Source: an uncultured Actinomycetes bacterium (GTDB taxonomy: Bacteria; Actinomycetota; Acidimicrobiia; Spongiisociales; DATADW01). From it: a stretch of DNA of 64,000 nt. Below, piece by piece: positions 23,573 to 34,552 of this stretch. How positions within the stretch are numbered: the stretch's first letter is position 1; each line of letters starts with the position of its first letter. The position numbers and the translations under genes are program-made. Where the stretch lies: contig CAWGRK010000003.1 in the NCBI GenBank assembly GCA_963824995.1, forward strand, positions 1 through 64,000, given 5' to 3'. The notes under the pieces were generated by a model, which was not told where the DNA came from, did no database searches, and saw only the letters and a program-made list of their open reading frames with translations.

Positions 23573-24007
23573 TTGCCGTCGACCGAGGACGTCCACGACA
23601 GCCCGACGGGATGGGTCAACCGCCACATCCGGAGCTACGTCGAGAGCGACGGGAAACAGGGTCACCGATGGCACGGGGTGGACACCCTGCTGCTGACCAC
23701 TCGGGGCAGGAGGACGGGCAAGCTGCGGCGGAGCGCTCTGATCTACGGGCGCGATGGCGACAGCTATGTGGTCGTCGCTTCGAAGGGGGGATCGGAGGAT
23801 CACCCCGCTTGGTACCTGAACCTGGTGGCCGAGCCCGAAGTCCAGGTCCAGGTCGGGGCGGAGAGCTTCCCTGCAAGAGCCTCGACGACGGAAGGTGCAC
23901 GGCGGGAGCGGCTCTGGACCGAGATGGCCGGGATCTGGCCCGACTACGTGAAGTACCAGCGCCGCACCGAGCGGCAGATCCCGGTGGTGGTCCTGGAAAG
24001 GGTCTGA
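23573..24007 (+). CDS. Deazaflavin (F420)-dependent nitroreductase family oxidoreductase
   Basis: LLLTTRGRRTG, VASKGG..HPAWYLNL, YQRRTERQIPVVVL. Confidence 0.92.
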   Translation: MPSTEDVHDSPTGWVNRHIRSYVESDGKQGHRWHGVDTLLLTTRGRRTGKLRRSALIYGRDGDSYVVVASKGGSEDHPAWYLNLVAEPEVQVQVGAESFPARASTTEGARRERLWTEMAGIWPDYVKYQRRTERQIPVVVLERV

Positions 24008-24030
24008 CGGAAGGGTTGGCATGCTGCGGG

Positions 24031-24837
24031 TCAGAGGCCGGCAGCGAACTCGGCGACCTGCTGCGAAGCATCGGTCTCGATGGGATCGCCGTGACCTACC
24101 AACAACACTCCGAATTGGAATCCGGCGAGTTTGCGAACCGACTCGTGAGCCTGATCGAGATCTTCTGTGAACGAGGGGTTTGGGCCGGCGACCACTCCCC
24201 CCTGGACCGAAAGGGCATCGCCCGCCACCAGCAACCCGACAGTGCTGTCGAGCACGCAGACGTGCCCGGGTGTATGTCCGGGGGTGGCGATGATCTCGAG
24301 GTCGAAGACGCGGTCGCCGTCGCCGACCGGTGTGAGCGGCCGGGGAGCGGTGATCGACCCGATGTCGTCGGCGCCGGCGTAGGCGGTGGCCGCGCCGGCC
24401 GCCTCGAGCACCTCGGCCACGCTCCCCGCGTGGTCGTCGTGCTTGTGGGTCAGGATGACATGCCCCACGGCGTCCCAGCCCAGCCCGATCTCCCCGAGAC
24501 CAGCCTCGATGGCGGAGGCGCTCCCGGCGACACCGGTGTCCACCACGGCCGCTTCGCCTTGGCGCGCCAGCACGTAGGCAGAGACGAATCCGAGCGAGAC
24601 CTGATGCCACTCGAGGTCCGACGAGCCTGAGGTCGTTGGCTGAGAGGTTGTGGCCGAGCACCCGTCCCCGGCGACACCGAGTGACGGTGTGCCTTCCGTC
24701 GTGGGAAAGGCCTGGCCGGTGGTGATCTCGCCGCCGCTACCCGAATCCGAGCAAGCCACCAACCCCAGCACCAGGACCGCCACCCCGCCCTTGCCCAGGT
24801 CAGCCAGGAAAAGCCTGCGACTCATGGGACGCTGCAT
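24031..24837 (-). CDS. MBL-fold metallo-hydrolase, Tat lipoprotein
   Basis: SRRLFL Tat motif, LVAC lipobox, THKHDDH, TPGHTPGH, GDA, GHG. Confidence 0.88.
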   Translation of the reverse strand: MQRPMSRRLFLADLGKGGVAVLVLGLVACSDSGSGGEITTGQAFPTTEGTPSLGVAGDGCSATTSQPTTSGSSDLEWHQVSLGFVSAYVLARQGEAAVVDTGVAGSASAIEAGLGEIGLGWDAVGHVILTHKHDDHAGSVAEVLEAAGAATAYAGADDIGSITAPRPLTPVGDGDRVFDLEIIATPGHTPGHVCVLDSTVGLLVAGDALSVQGGVVAGPNPSFTEDLDQAHESVRKLAGFQFGVLLVGHGDPIETDASQQVAEFAAGL

Positions 24838-25002
24838 GATCACCTCGCTCGAAGGGCGACGCCGGTATTCAAGGGCTAACGGTGCAGCTGAGACCCCGAA
24901 CCCAGGGTTCGAACTGTCACACCGCAGCGTTTCGAGCCCACGGAACGGACGCGGACGAGGCGCCCCGCAGGGCGCCTCGTTCGTCCCCAACTTGGTTTCC
25001 CC

Positions 25003-27237
25003 TTACGGGATGCTGCTGATCGACTCGCAGCCACCGTTGTTGGTGTCGGTCCCGGCACCGCCGCTGCAGGCGTCGGGTGAGCCCGATCCGCCGGCGATGC
25101 CGTCGTTGCCGTCTCCGCCGCTAACCGTGTCGGCGCCGTCACCACCCGTCAGGGTGTCGTTTCCGGTGGCTCCGTTGACGGTGTCGCTACCCGCCGCGCC
25201 GTTGGCGGTGTCGTTGTCCGGACCGCCATAGATCGCGTCGCTGCCCTTGGCACCGTTCAGCGTGTCCCCTCCGCTGTTGCCATTCAGGTAGTCGTTTCCG
25301 ACCCCACCGGTGAGGCTGTCAGCGGACTCGTTGCCGTAGAGCGTGTCCGCGCCGCCGGCACCGAAGACGGTGTCCTCACCGCCCGAACCGCACACGACGT
25401 CGTTGCCGGCCAGCCCGTAGATGGTGTCGTTACCGGCCAGACCGTGGATGACATCGGCACCGCTCGTTCCCGTGATCACATCGGATGAGGTCGTGCCGAA
25501 CTGGGTGACGGCGAAGCCACCGCAGCCCGGAGCCGCGAACCCATAGTCGATCGTGTTCTGGAAGTTCGACGCGTTGGCGCCGTTGTTGGCCGTGTTGTGG
25601 CCCAGTGCGGCGCGGTCGCCCCAGTACTCGAGATACGTGCCGGGACGAACGCCGGTCAAGGCGTGGTTCTGGAAGTCGCTGTACTGGACCGAGTCACCCT
25701 CGGACCAGAAGTCGTAGAAGTCCAGAGTCGCCTTCGCCGAGTCCTGGACGTCGATCATCGCACCGGCAACCCGGCCCTCGACGTCGTCACCATCGGCCCA
25801 ACCCGCCGAGTTGACGTCCACGTTCTCCAGATCGAGCGAATGCGCCGCTTGCCCAGCGGAAGAACGGGTCGTTGAGGACGGCGGCCGGTACCCACTCGGC
25901 AAACCCCTCGGTCCAGGCGCAGCCGGTAGAGCTGTCGCCGTTGACGAAGTGCGGGCTGCAGTTGGGGAACGCCGGGTAGTTGTCGTTGTAGACGTCGTCC
26001 ATGGCAGCGTGGGTCGCCTCATGGATGACCACGTGCTCGGCGTCCGGATCGGCGGCAGCCAGGTGGATGTCGTTGCCGGCCAGCGAGTAGTAGGTCCCGT
26101 CGGTGGACGTCTCGGTCCAGTTGACGATCATCTGCCGGCAGGGCGACTCGCCCCAGTCGAAGCAGAGACCGCTCGGATCGTGGCCCCACAGCCAGAACTT
26201 GTTGACGGCATCGAACGCGTGGATACCACGGTGGATGTTGTTGCTCGGCTGGAGGTTGCCGAAGCTGAAATCGACGCCCTCGTTGACGTTGACAACACCC
26301 GAGGTGTTGACGTAGTTGGTGTTCGAAGCGGCTGTATTCGCGCACCCGCCACACGGAGTTCTCCGAGATGAAGCGGACGTAGACCTCCATGGTCCCGGCG
26401 CCCTCTTCGTCGTCGGTGGTGAAGCACCCCGAGTAGCTACCGCCCGAGGTCACGACCGTCGCCATGAGGTCGTCGGTGCCGCTGTCGTCGTCCCAGATCT
26501 GCACCTGGTAGTTGCCTACGCCGGTGTAACCCAACGTCGGGTGCTGGTAGCCCCAGACACCGGTGATGCACGAACCGCCCGGGATCCCCGGCTCCGAGCC
26601 GATGCCCGCCACGTCGGCGGGGAGCGGAGCAGAGACATGGGGCAGGTCGGACGACGGAGCCGAAGGCGCCGTAGGTGACTGCACCGTGCCGCCGGATGTC
26701 TCGGTGACCGAGCCCAGCTGCGACTTGCCCGAGCCGACCGTGAGCGGGACGACGGCGATAGCGCCGTCTACGACCCCATCAGCCAGTTGGGCAGTGGCAC
26801 GGACCTCGACCGGGGCGCTGCCCTCGTCGACCGCACGCACCTCGAAGCCGACGCTCTCGGTACCCGCTCCAGGCGAAAGGATGGCCACCCGCGGAACGAC
26901 CTCACCGACACCATTGGGGGCGGCGACAGCCGGAGCATTGCTGCCCGGACCTGAAGCCACCTCGAGTGTGGTGGGAACGCTGATCTCGACCTCCACCGGG
27001 CCGAGGTCGACCTGGCTCTCGACGTCGACGGTGAGCGTTGCCGTCTCACCGACCGAAGGAGCCCGGTCGAGTGTGGCAGTGACCCTGCAGACACGATGCG
27101 AACTCGGTCTTCGAACCCTGCGGTACCAATGAACAGTCGGGTGCACCCGACTCTGTGCCGGCGGCGACGCCTCCCGGCAATGCCAACGAGCCGACCAAGC
27201 CGGCTGTGGCGACGAAACGAACCCATCGAGCGCGCAT
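25003..27237 (-). CDS. Secreted zinc metalloprotease (mycolysin-like) with C-terminal hemolysin-type Ca-binding (RTX) repeats; frameshifted
   Basis: Signal MRARWVRFVATAGLV; HEATH..NCSPH..SSTGCAWTEGFAE; many GxxGxDxLxG nonapeptides in 25003-25500. Confidence 0.78.
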
Positions 27238-27480
27238 GTTCCCTCCCTGGGGTGACGCATCCTCTCCCGCCCGGATGGCGGGTGAGACGAGGGACTGAGC
27301 CCGTGGATCCGGCTGCGATACGCGTTATGTGCGTCCGTCGTAACCTTCGCTGCCACAACCCGTCCCAAGCGTTTGAAGCTGAACAGAGGGATTCCCCGTC
27401 GGTGCCCGCCCGAGGTAGACGATGAGCCGTGTCGACCGTGACCGGTCACAAAAACGCCCAGTGCCAACCCGCGGTAACCC

Positions 27481-28522
27481 GTGCGCGCTGCGCTGATCAC
27501 AGCGTTCGGGGAGCCGCTGGAAGTCACCGAGGTTGCCGATCCGGACGTGCCCGAGAACGGGGTAGTGCTTCGGGTGGAGGCGACCGGCGTGTGCCGCAGC
27601 GACTGGCATGCATGGATGGGTCACGAGCGGTTGCCGTCATTGCCTCACGTACCCGGGCACGAGATGGCCGGGACCGTGGTGGGGGTGGGACGGCGCGTCG
27701 AACGCTGGCACGTCGGCGACCGGGTAACGGTCCCATTCTCGATGGGTTGCGGTCGTTGCCCCTCGTGCGCCGACGGGCATCTCAACACCTGCGACGAAGG
27801 GTTCACACCCGGGTTCACCACTTGGGGCTCGTTCGCCGAGCTGATCGCCCTCGACCACGCCGACACCAACCTGATCGCGTTGCCCGACGGCTTCGACCCG
27901 GTCAACGCTGCGGCACTCGGGTGCCGTTTCGTGACCGCGTTCCGGGCAGTGGCCGATCGGGGCGGGGTTGAGAGCGGGCAATGGCTGGCGGTGCACGGGT
28001 GCGGTGGGCTGGGTCTCTCGGTTGTGATGGTTGGGGCGGCGCTGGGAGCGAGGGTGGTTGCGGTGGACATCAACCCAGGGCGCCCTCGACCTTGCCTCCG
28101 AGCTGGGGGCGGAGGCGACCGTGGATGCCGCTGCAGTCGCCAGCGTGAGCAGTGCCGTGCGAGAGCTGACCGGTGGCGGAGCACACGTCTCGATAGATGC
28201 ACTGGGGAACACAACCACCGCCACCAACTCGGTCCGATCGCTCCGCAAGCAAGGTCGGCATGTCCAGGTCGGACTGCTCCACGGCGAGGACTCCGAACTG
28301 GTGCTTCCGTGGGAACGAGTGGTGATGTGGGAATTGGAGGTCGTTGGCAGCCGCGGGCTCCCGGCGACCGACTACCAGCGCATCTTCTCCCTGATGAACC
28401 ACGGTGCTGTCGACCCCGGTCGCCTGGTGACGAGGCGCATCGCCTTGGGCGAGGCATCAGACGCCCTGGAAGCGATGAGCCGATTCGACGGCACCGGGGT
28501 GACGGTGATCGATCGCTTCTGA
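27481..28522 (+). CDS. Zinc-dependent alcohol dehydrogenase, frameshift near 28080
   Basis: CRSD, GHE, CGRCPSC..C, GCGGLG. Confidence 0.92.
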
Positions 28523-28560
28523 CGGCGGGGGCCGTTCCTCGCCGGGTAACGTCCGGAGCC

Positions 28561-28940
28561 ATGGCGGAACTTCCCGACGTCGTCGCTACCGGCTTTGTGA
28601 TCGATCGCGACTGCGCTTCTGACTGACCAAGGAGGAACTGATCGAGCGGGCCCGCTCGCACAACGTGGGCCACGCCATCGAGAAGTCCGACTCCGGTCTG
28701 TGCCTGGTCGGCGTGGATGGAGCCGCTTAGGGAGCTGGAGCAGGACGAGTCGGATGCTGTCGCCGAGTTGCTCCCTTCCCACCGCCGGGTCAACGGCCTC
28801 TGGGTGAAGGTGCGCCGAGGCGACGACGGTGTGAAAGCCGAGCCGGCACCTCCCCCCAACCGCGTCGACGAGGCGGCCATCGAATCGTTCCCCGCCTCCG
28901 ACCCCCCTTCGTGGACCCTCGGGAAAGAGAGGGCTGACCG
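28561..28940 (+). CDS. Small hypothetical protein ending in an SFPASDPP motif, frameshifted
   Basis: ggag RBS + ATG at 28561; C-terminal VDEAAIESFPASDPPSWT. Confidence 0.5.
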
Positions 28941-30409
28941 TCAGTCCTCGGGCCGCAGCGCAGGAAAGAGCAGGACCTCCCGGATCGATGCCTGGTCGGT
29001 CAGGAGCATGACCAGCCGGTCCACCCCGATGCCGAGCCCACCTGTCGGTGGCAGCCCATACTCCAGCGCCATTAGATAGTCCTCGTCGAGCGGGTGGGTA
29101 TCCGCCTCTCCGGCGGCTCTCGCCTCCGCCTGGGCCTCGAACCGGGCACGCTGTTCGATCGGGTCGTTGAGCTCCGAGAAGGCGTTGACCAGTTCGGCGC
29201 CGGCAACGATCAGCTCGAACCGCTCCACCTCCGACCCGCCTTGGCGGTGAGCCCGCGCCAGCGGAGACGTCTCCTCGGGGTGATCGAGCACGAAGGTCGG
29301 CTCCCACAGGTATGGCTCGACGTGCTGCTCGAACAATTCGGCGATCAACCGTCCCGGCCCCCAAGCGGGATGCACCTCGGTCCCTGCGGCCTCCACCAAC
29401 GCCTTCAACTCATGCAGTGGAGTCTCGTACCCGATGCCGTCGTTCACCGCCTCTTGCACCAGGTCGAGGTAGCGGGCACGCCGGTATGGCGGGGTCATGT
29501 CGAGGGTGCGGCCCTGGTAGGTGAGTTCGGTGCCACCGGTGGTGGCGGCGACGACCTCCCCCATCACGACTCTCGACCAGGCCGAGGACGTCTTCGTAGT
29601 CGGCAAACGCCTGGTAAGCCTCGAGCATGGTGAACTCGGGGTTGTGGGTGGAGTCGATCCCCTCGTTGCGGAACACCCTCCCCAACTCGAACACCCGTTC
29701 CAATCCGCCGACGACCAGCCTCTTGAGCGGCAGTTCGAGGGCGATGCGGAGATACATGTCGACATCTAGTGCGTTGTGGTGGGTGACGAAGGGACGGGCG
29801 AGCCCGCCCCCTGCCTGGAGTTGCAACGTCGGCGTCTCCACCTCGAGAAACCCGCGATCCTCGAACGCACTGCGCAGGGCGCGCAACGTCGCCGCCCGGC
29901 GGAGCGCCGTCTCCCTCGCCTCCTCGTTGACTATCAGGTCGAGGTACCGCCGCCGGCTCCGCACTTCGACGTCCACCAAGCCATGCCATTTCTCGGGTAG
30001 AGATCGGAGCGCCTTGGCCAGCAACTCGAAGCGCTCGACGCGGACGGTCAGCTCGCCCTTGCGGGTCGTCACCACCCTGCCCTCCGCTCCAACCCAGTCG
30101 CCCAGGTCGAGACCGGCGAAAGCGTCGAACTGCTCGCAGCTCGGACCTGTCCGCCATCAGCTGGATTCGTCCCGTTCCGTCCTGGAGCGTGGCGAACACC
30201 AGTCGCCCGAAGCTCCTCTGCAGGACCAGACGCCCGGCGACGACCGTTCGCTCACCACTGTCGGCGTCAGGTTCCAGCGAGGCGAACCGCTCGTGCAGTT
30301 CAGCAGCGGTGGCGGTGCGCTCGAAGCGATACGGGTAGCCACCCGACCGGAGGTGCGCCTCGTGCTTGGCCAGGCGGAGTTGGTGCTCGTCGGGCAGGTT
30401 CTCGCTCAT
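28941..30409 (-). CDS. lysS: Lysine--tRNA ligase (class II), two frameshifts
   Basis: OB fold; [38 protein letters not shown]. Confidence 0.96.
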
Positions 30410-30443
30410 GCCGTGGCCGAGGGTACCGAGCAAGCTCCGTGGT

Positions 30444-31206
30444 TCATGGTGAAGTCTGCAGCCGATAGATGATCCGCAAACCCTCCAGGGTGAGCGAGTC
30501 GTCGACGATGATCTCGGCCCGACACAGCGGTGCCACCACGGGAGCCAGGCCGCCCGTGGCTACCACCGAGGGCCGGGCATCTATCTCGGCGGAGATCATT
30601 TCGATGGCGCGGTCGATCATCCCGGCGTGGCCGTAGAGCAGACCCGACTGGATGGCAGTGACCGTGTTGCGCCCGATCGACCCGTGGAGGCGCCACCAGT
30701 TCCACGCGGCGGAGCGCTGCGGTGTGACCGACCAGGCCATCCATCGATACCTCGAGACCCGGAGCGATCATTCCCCCGAGATAGTCACCGGCTGCACCCA
30801 CGACATCCACCGTGGTCGCCGTACCGAAGTCGACCACCACCACAGGGGCCCCGTAACGTTCCACGGCCGCCACGGCGTTGACCACCCGGTCGGCACCAAC
30901 CTCGCGTGGGTTGTCCGTGTGGATGGCGATCCCGGTGCGAACCCCGGGGCCCACCACCACCACCGGGCCGTCCACCATGTCCCTTGCGGCGACCTGGACC
31001 GCCGCCGTTGCAGCCGGGACGACGCTCGAGATCGCCGCTCCCTCCAGGGACAATTCGCTCGAAGCGAGCAGTCCCGAGAAGAGGAGGCGGTACTCGTCGG
31101 CGGTGCGCTCGGCGATGGTGGACAACCGCCAGCGCTGCGCCACCCGGTCGTCGCTGACCAATCCGACGGCGGTGGTCGAGTTGCCCACGTCAACCACCAG
31201 CAGCAC
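30444..31206 (-). CDS. coaX: Type III pantothenate kinase, frameshift near 30685
   Basis: VDVGNS, VGADR, VDFGTATT, ATGG, LTLEGL. Confidence 0.93.
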
Positions 31207-31208
31207 CT

Positions 31209-32084
31209 TCAGACCTCCCCGATGCGTTGATCGAGTGGGCGGCCACGGTCGACCTTGGGACTGCCGTCCACCCAATCGACATGGATGTTGTCGATGAGAC
31301 GGGTGCCCCCGACCCGGGCGGCGACTGCCAGAAAGGCGGGACGGTCGAGCACATCGAGCCGAGCGACCTCATCCTGGGACCGCAGTTCGGCGTAGTCGAG
31401 TTCGAGCCCCGACTCGCCGGCCGCCACGGCCTCGAGTGTCGGCCCCGTAGACGTGCCGGCCTCGATGGCATCCGCCGCCGCCATCAGACCACGGCTGAGC
31501 CCGAGAGCGTCCTCACGGTCCGCTACCGACAGGTAGCTGTTGCGACTCGACAGAGCGAGCCCGTCGGCGTCGCGCACCGTGGGGCAGCCGATCACCTCCA
31601 GGGGGAAGGAAAGATCTCGCGCCAGCCGCCGGACCACGGCCAGCTGTTGGGCATCCTTGCGACCGAAGAACGCCAGGTCCGGTCGGAGCCCGGCGAAGAG
31701 TTTGGTAACCACTGTTGCCACACCAGTGAAGTGGCCCGGCCGGTGAGCACCCTCCATGCTCTCGGTGAGGTCCTCCACATGCACCGCCGCCTTGGGGTCG
31801 GAGGGGTACATCTCGGCGATCGAGGGAGCGAAGAGAATTTGCGCCCCGGTTGTGGCGACAAGCCGCCGGTCACGATCGGGGTTACGCGGGTAGCTCTCCA
31901 GGTCCTCGGCGGGGCCGAACTGGAGCGGGTTGACGAATGACGAGACGATCACGGTGTCGGCCGATGCCAATGCCTCCTCGATCAATGAGAGGTGACCCTC
32001 GTGGAGGAACCCCATCGTCGGGACGAGACCGACCACTCCGGAAGCCTCCTTGCGGGCCTCGGCGAAGGTGGCCGCCTCGATCAA
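31209..32084 (-). CDS. panC: Pantoate--beta-alanine ligase
   Basis: PTMGFLHEGH, RPGHF, FGRKDAQQ, LSSRN, RLIDN. Confidence 0.96.
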   Translation of the reverse strand: MIEAATFAEARKEASGVVGLVPTMGFLHEGHLSLIEEALASADTVIVSSFVNPLQFGPAEDLESYPRNPDRDRRLVATTGAQILFAPSIAEMYPSDPKAAVHVEDLTESMEGAHRPGHFTGVATVVTKLFAGLRPDLAFFGRKDAQQLAVVRRLARDLSFPLEVIGCPTVRDADGLALSSRNSYLSVADREDALGLSRGLMAAADAIEAGTSTGPTLEAVAAGESGLELDYAELRSQDEVARLDVLDRPAFLAVAARVGGTRLIDNIHVDWVDGSPKVDRGRPLDQRIGEV

Positions 32085-32894
32085 GGGAGCACCTCTGCGA
32101 TCTCGTCACTTCGTCCGGCCGCTCCGGCGATGAGCCGCAGCGCGGCGACGAACTCATCGAGCACCGCCGGGTCGGCGGAACGAACCGCATCGATCTGCGC
32201 GGTCACGGTCGCCATGTCGCCCCTCGACACCGGGCCGGTGAGAGCTGCGGCTGCGCCACCTCCGAGGCTGTGGGAAACGACCTTCTCCACCAGCGGCCGG
32301 GCAACCTCGGGATCGACCCCGGCGCCTTCGAAGAGCCGATCGGCCAGCCAGAGCGCAGCCACCACCGCATTCGAAGCAACCGATGCCGCCGCGTGGTAGA
32401 GCGCCCGATGATCATCACCGAGGTTGAAGGCGGTCATTCCGAGATCGGCGGCCAAACCCTCGAGCACTTCGTGAAGGTCGGGGTTCGTTGTGGTTATCGC
32501 CACGGCCGAACCGGCGAGCGCTCGAGCTCCCCGGTCGGGGTCAGGGAGGCTCTGCAGGGGGTGGAACGCACCTACGGCTATCCCCCGCGAGGCAAACGGC
32601 TGCAGAGCCGAGACCGGGACGGCCCCACTGAGATGGACGGCACCGCCCACATCGGTGACCCTGCCGCGCCACGCTTCCTGCCACTTCTGCGATGGCCTCA
32701 TCGCCCACCGCTACCACCACCAGGTCCGCCGGCGGTAGCGGGCTGTCCGGTCCAAGAACCTCTGCCCCGAGCCGCTCGGCAGACCGGGTGGCGTCGCTGC
32801 GTCCCACCACTCCCACGATCCGGTGCCCGGCTTCGGTCAACGCAATACCGAGCGACATCCCGGCGCGCCCCGGACCGACGAGGATGACCTTCAT
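32081..32894 (-). CDS. Rossmann-like/DUF2520 domain protein (PanG-like ketopantoate reductase candidate), frameshift near 32690
   Basis: GPGRAG, HLSGA, FHPLQS, YHAAA..ASN, LTGPVSRGD; adjacent to panC. Confidence 0.85.
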
Positions 32895-32963
32895 CGCGCC
32901 GGACGCTAACGCAGGGCCTGGCTTCCCTCGGGCGCCGGATGCCCCGTCCTACGCTCCCCGAGG

Positions 32964-33563
32964 ATGCGAGGCGGAGCCGCTTTCTTGGTCATGGTCCTCG
33001 TGGCCGGGTGTTCGGCTGCTCCGGGCGACACCACGCAGGAGCGACCTTCGGCCACCGGCGCTCCACCCAATACCACCGCGGCACCGGCGACGACCACTCA
33101 GAGCCTGACGACCACCAACTCCTCGGTGGCCCCCTCCACGACGCTGACCGTGCCGGCCCGACCGGATCCGCCTCTGCTGAGGAGAGAGGTCGAGGTGCAC
33201 CGTGGCGCACGGACGGCGCTTTACACCCTCCCCGCCGACCTCCTCTTCGACAGTGGTGAAACTGAGCTCCGCCCTGGCTCCACCGTGATCATCGGAGAGG
33301 TGGCTCGGGATATATCCGGACGTTTCCCCGGCAGACCGATCATCGTCCGCGGCCACACCGACTCGGTGGGAGGGTCCCGCGCAAACCGGGAGCTCTCGAG
33401 ACGCCGAGCTGAGACTGTCGCCGACATCCTTGATCAGCAGGGAGGCATCGAGTCGATCACGATCGAGGCGTTCGGCGAGCTAAGCCCACGCTCCTCCAAC
33501 GACAACGCCGCAGGGCGTGCCCTGAACCGCCGTGTCGAGATCCTCGTGCGCACTAGGCGCTGA
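32964..33563 (+). CDS. OmpA-like peptidoglycan-binding domain lipoprotein
   Basis: LVAGC lipobox, Thr-rich linker, LLFD, GHTD, LSRRRA, NRRVEI. Confidence 0.88.
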   Translation: MRGGAAFLVMVLVAGCSAAPGDTTQERPSATGAPPNTTAAPATTTQSLTTTNSSVAPSTTLTVPARPDPPLLRREVEVHRGARTALYTLPADLLFDSGETELRPGSTVIIGEVARDISGRFPGRPIIVRGHTDSVGGSRANRELSRRRAETVADILDQQGGIESITIEAFGELSPRSSNDNAAGRALNRRVEILVRTRR

Positions 33564-33583
33564 CGGCGCGTGAGCGAGCAACG

Positions 33584-33787
33584 ATTCCCCGGAAGCCTGC
33601 GACTCGGGGGAGGGGGAATGTTTCACTCCAGAAGCGCGATCGGCGCGCGTCGAGCGCCGTTGGGAGCTTGGGGCTCCCCCTACCCGCCGCTTCGCAGCGC
33701 CCTTCCCCCGTTCGGGGGGACGGAGAGAATGGGCGGCGAGGCGCACCGCGGGGATTGCCCGCCGTCCGCCGTCCGCCGTCCGCCGTC
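33584..33787. repeat. REP-like hairpin cluster plus ccgtccg heptamer tandem repeat between convergent genes
   Basis: attcccc..ggggaat and cccccg-ttcg-ggggg hairpins; (ccgtccg)x3-4 at about 33762-33787. Confidence 0.45.
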
Positions 33788-33792
33788 TCGGT

Positions 33793-34531
33793 TCACCTAG
33801 CCGCCATTCGCTCGGGCACCAGTTCGGTGAGGAGGTCGATCATCGTGTCGGCGTCCCTGATGGCGGCGGCACCGGGGTCGTTGTTGAAGTAGACGAAGAC
33901 TTCCTCGGCGTCACTTCTGGCGATGCGCTCCGCCCAAGGGCGGAGTCGGTCGCGCCCGTACTCCCACGAACCATCGAAATCGGCGCGGTGAAATCGCATG
34001 TAGAGCCAGCCACCGGTCGGTCTGTCTCGTGCGATCGGGCCCGGGTCGGCCCAGACCAATGCCGCCATGTGGCGGTCGAGCAGCTCGTGGACCTCGGGCA
34101 CGTCCCACGAGGGGTCGCGGAACTCGAGGGCGGGACGCATCCCGGAAGGGAGAGCCTCGAGCAGACCGGTCAGCCTGTCGATGTCGAGCTTGAAGGTGGG
34201 TGGGAGTTGGAAGAGCACGGGACCGAGCCTCGGGCCTAGCCCCAAGGCGCGCTCCCAGAGGCGTTGGACCGGCTCTCCGGGATCGACGAGTCGCCTCACG
34301 TGGGTCAGGTACCGGCTTGCCTTGACCGTGAAACAGAACCCCTCGGGAGTTTCCTCGCGCCAGCGCTCGAAGGTGCCCCGCTCGGGGAAGGCGGTAGAAG
34401 GTGTTGTTGACCTCGATGGTGGGGAACCGTCGAGAGCACACCTCGAGCCACCGCCGTTTGGGCAGGTCGTCTGGGTAGAAGGTCCCTCGCCAGTCGTCGT
34501 ATTGCCAGCCGCTGGTCCCGACCCGGATCAC
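33793..34531 (-). CDS. DUF72 domain protein, frameshift near 34385
   Basis: IRVGTSGW, EVNNTFY, LFQLPP, EFRDPSW, YFNND. Confidence 0.92.
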
Positions 34532-34552
34532 CCGGGTGATTCTGGCGTCGGA

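Noticed and set aside
27238..27480. c-di-AMP (ydaO) riboswitch ahead of the secreted protease
   Set aside because: The conserved ydaO motifs are not present.
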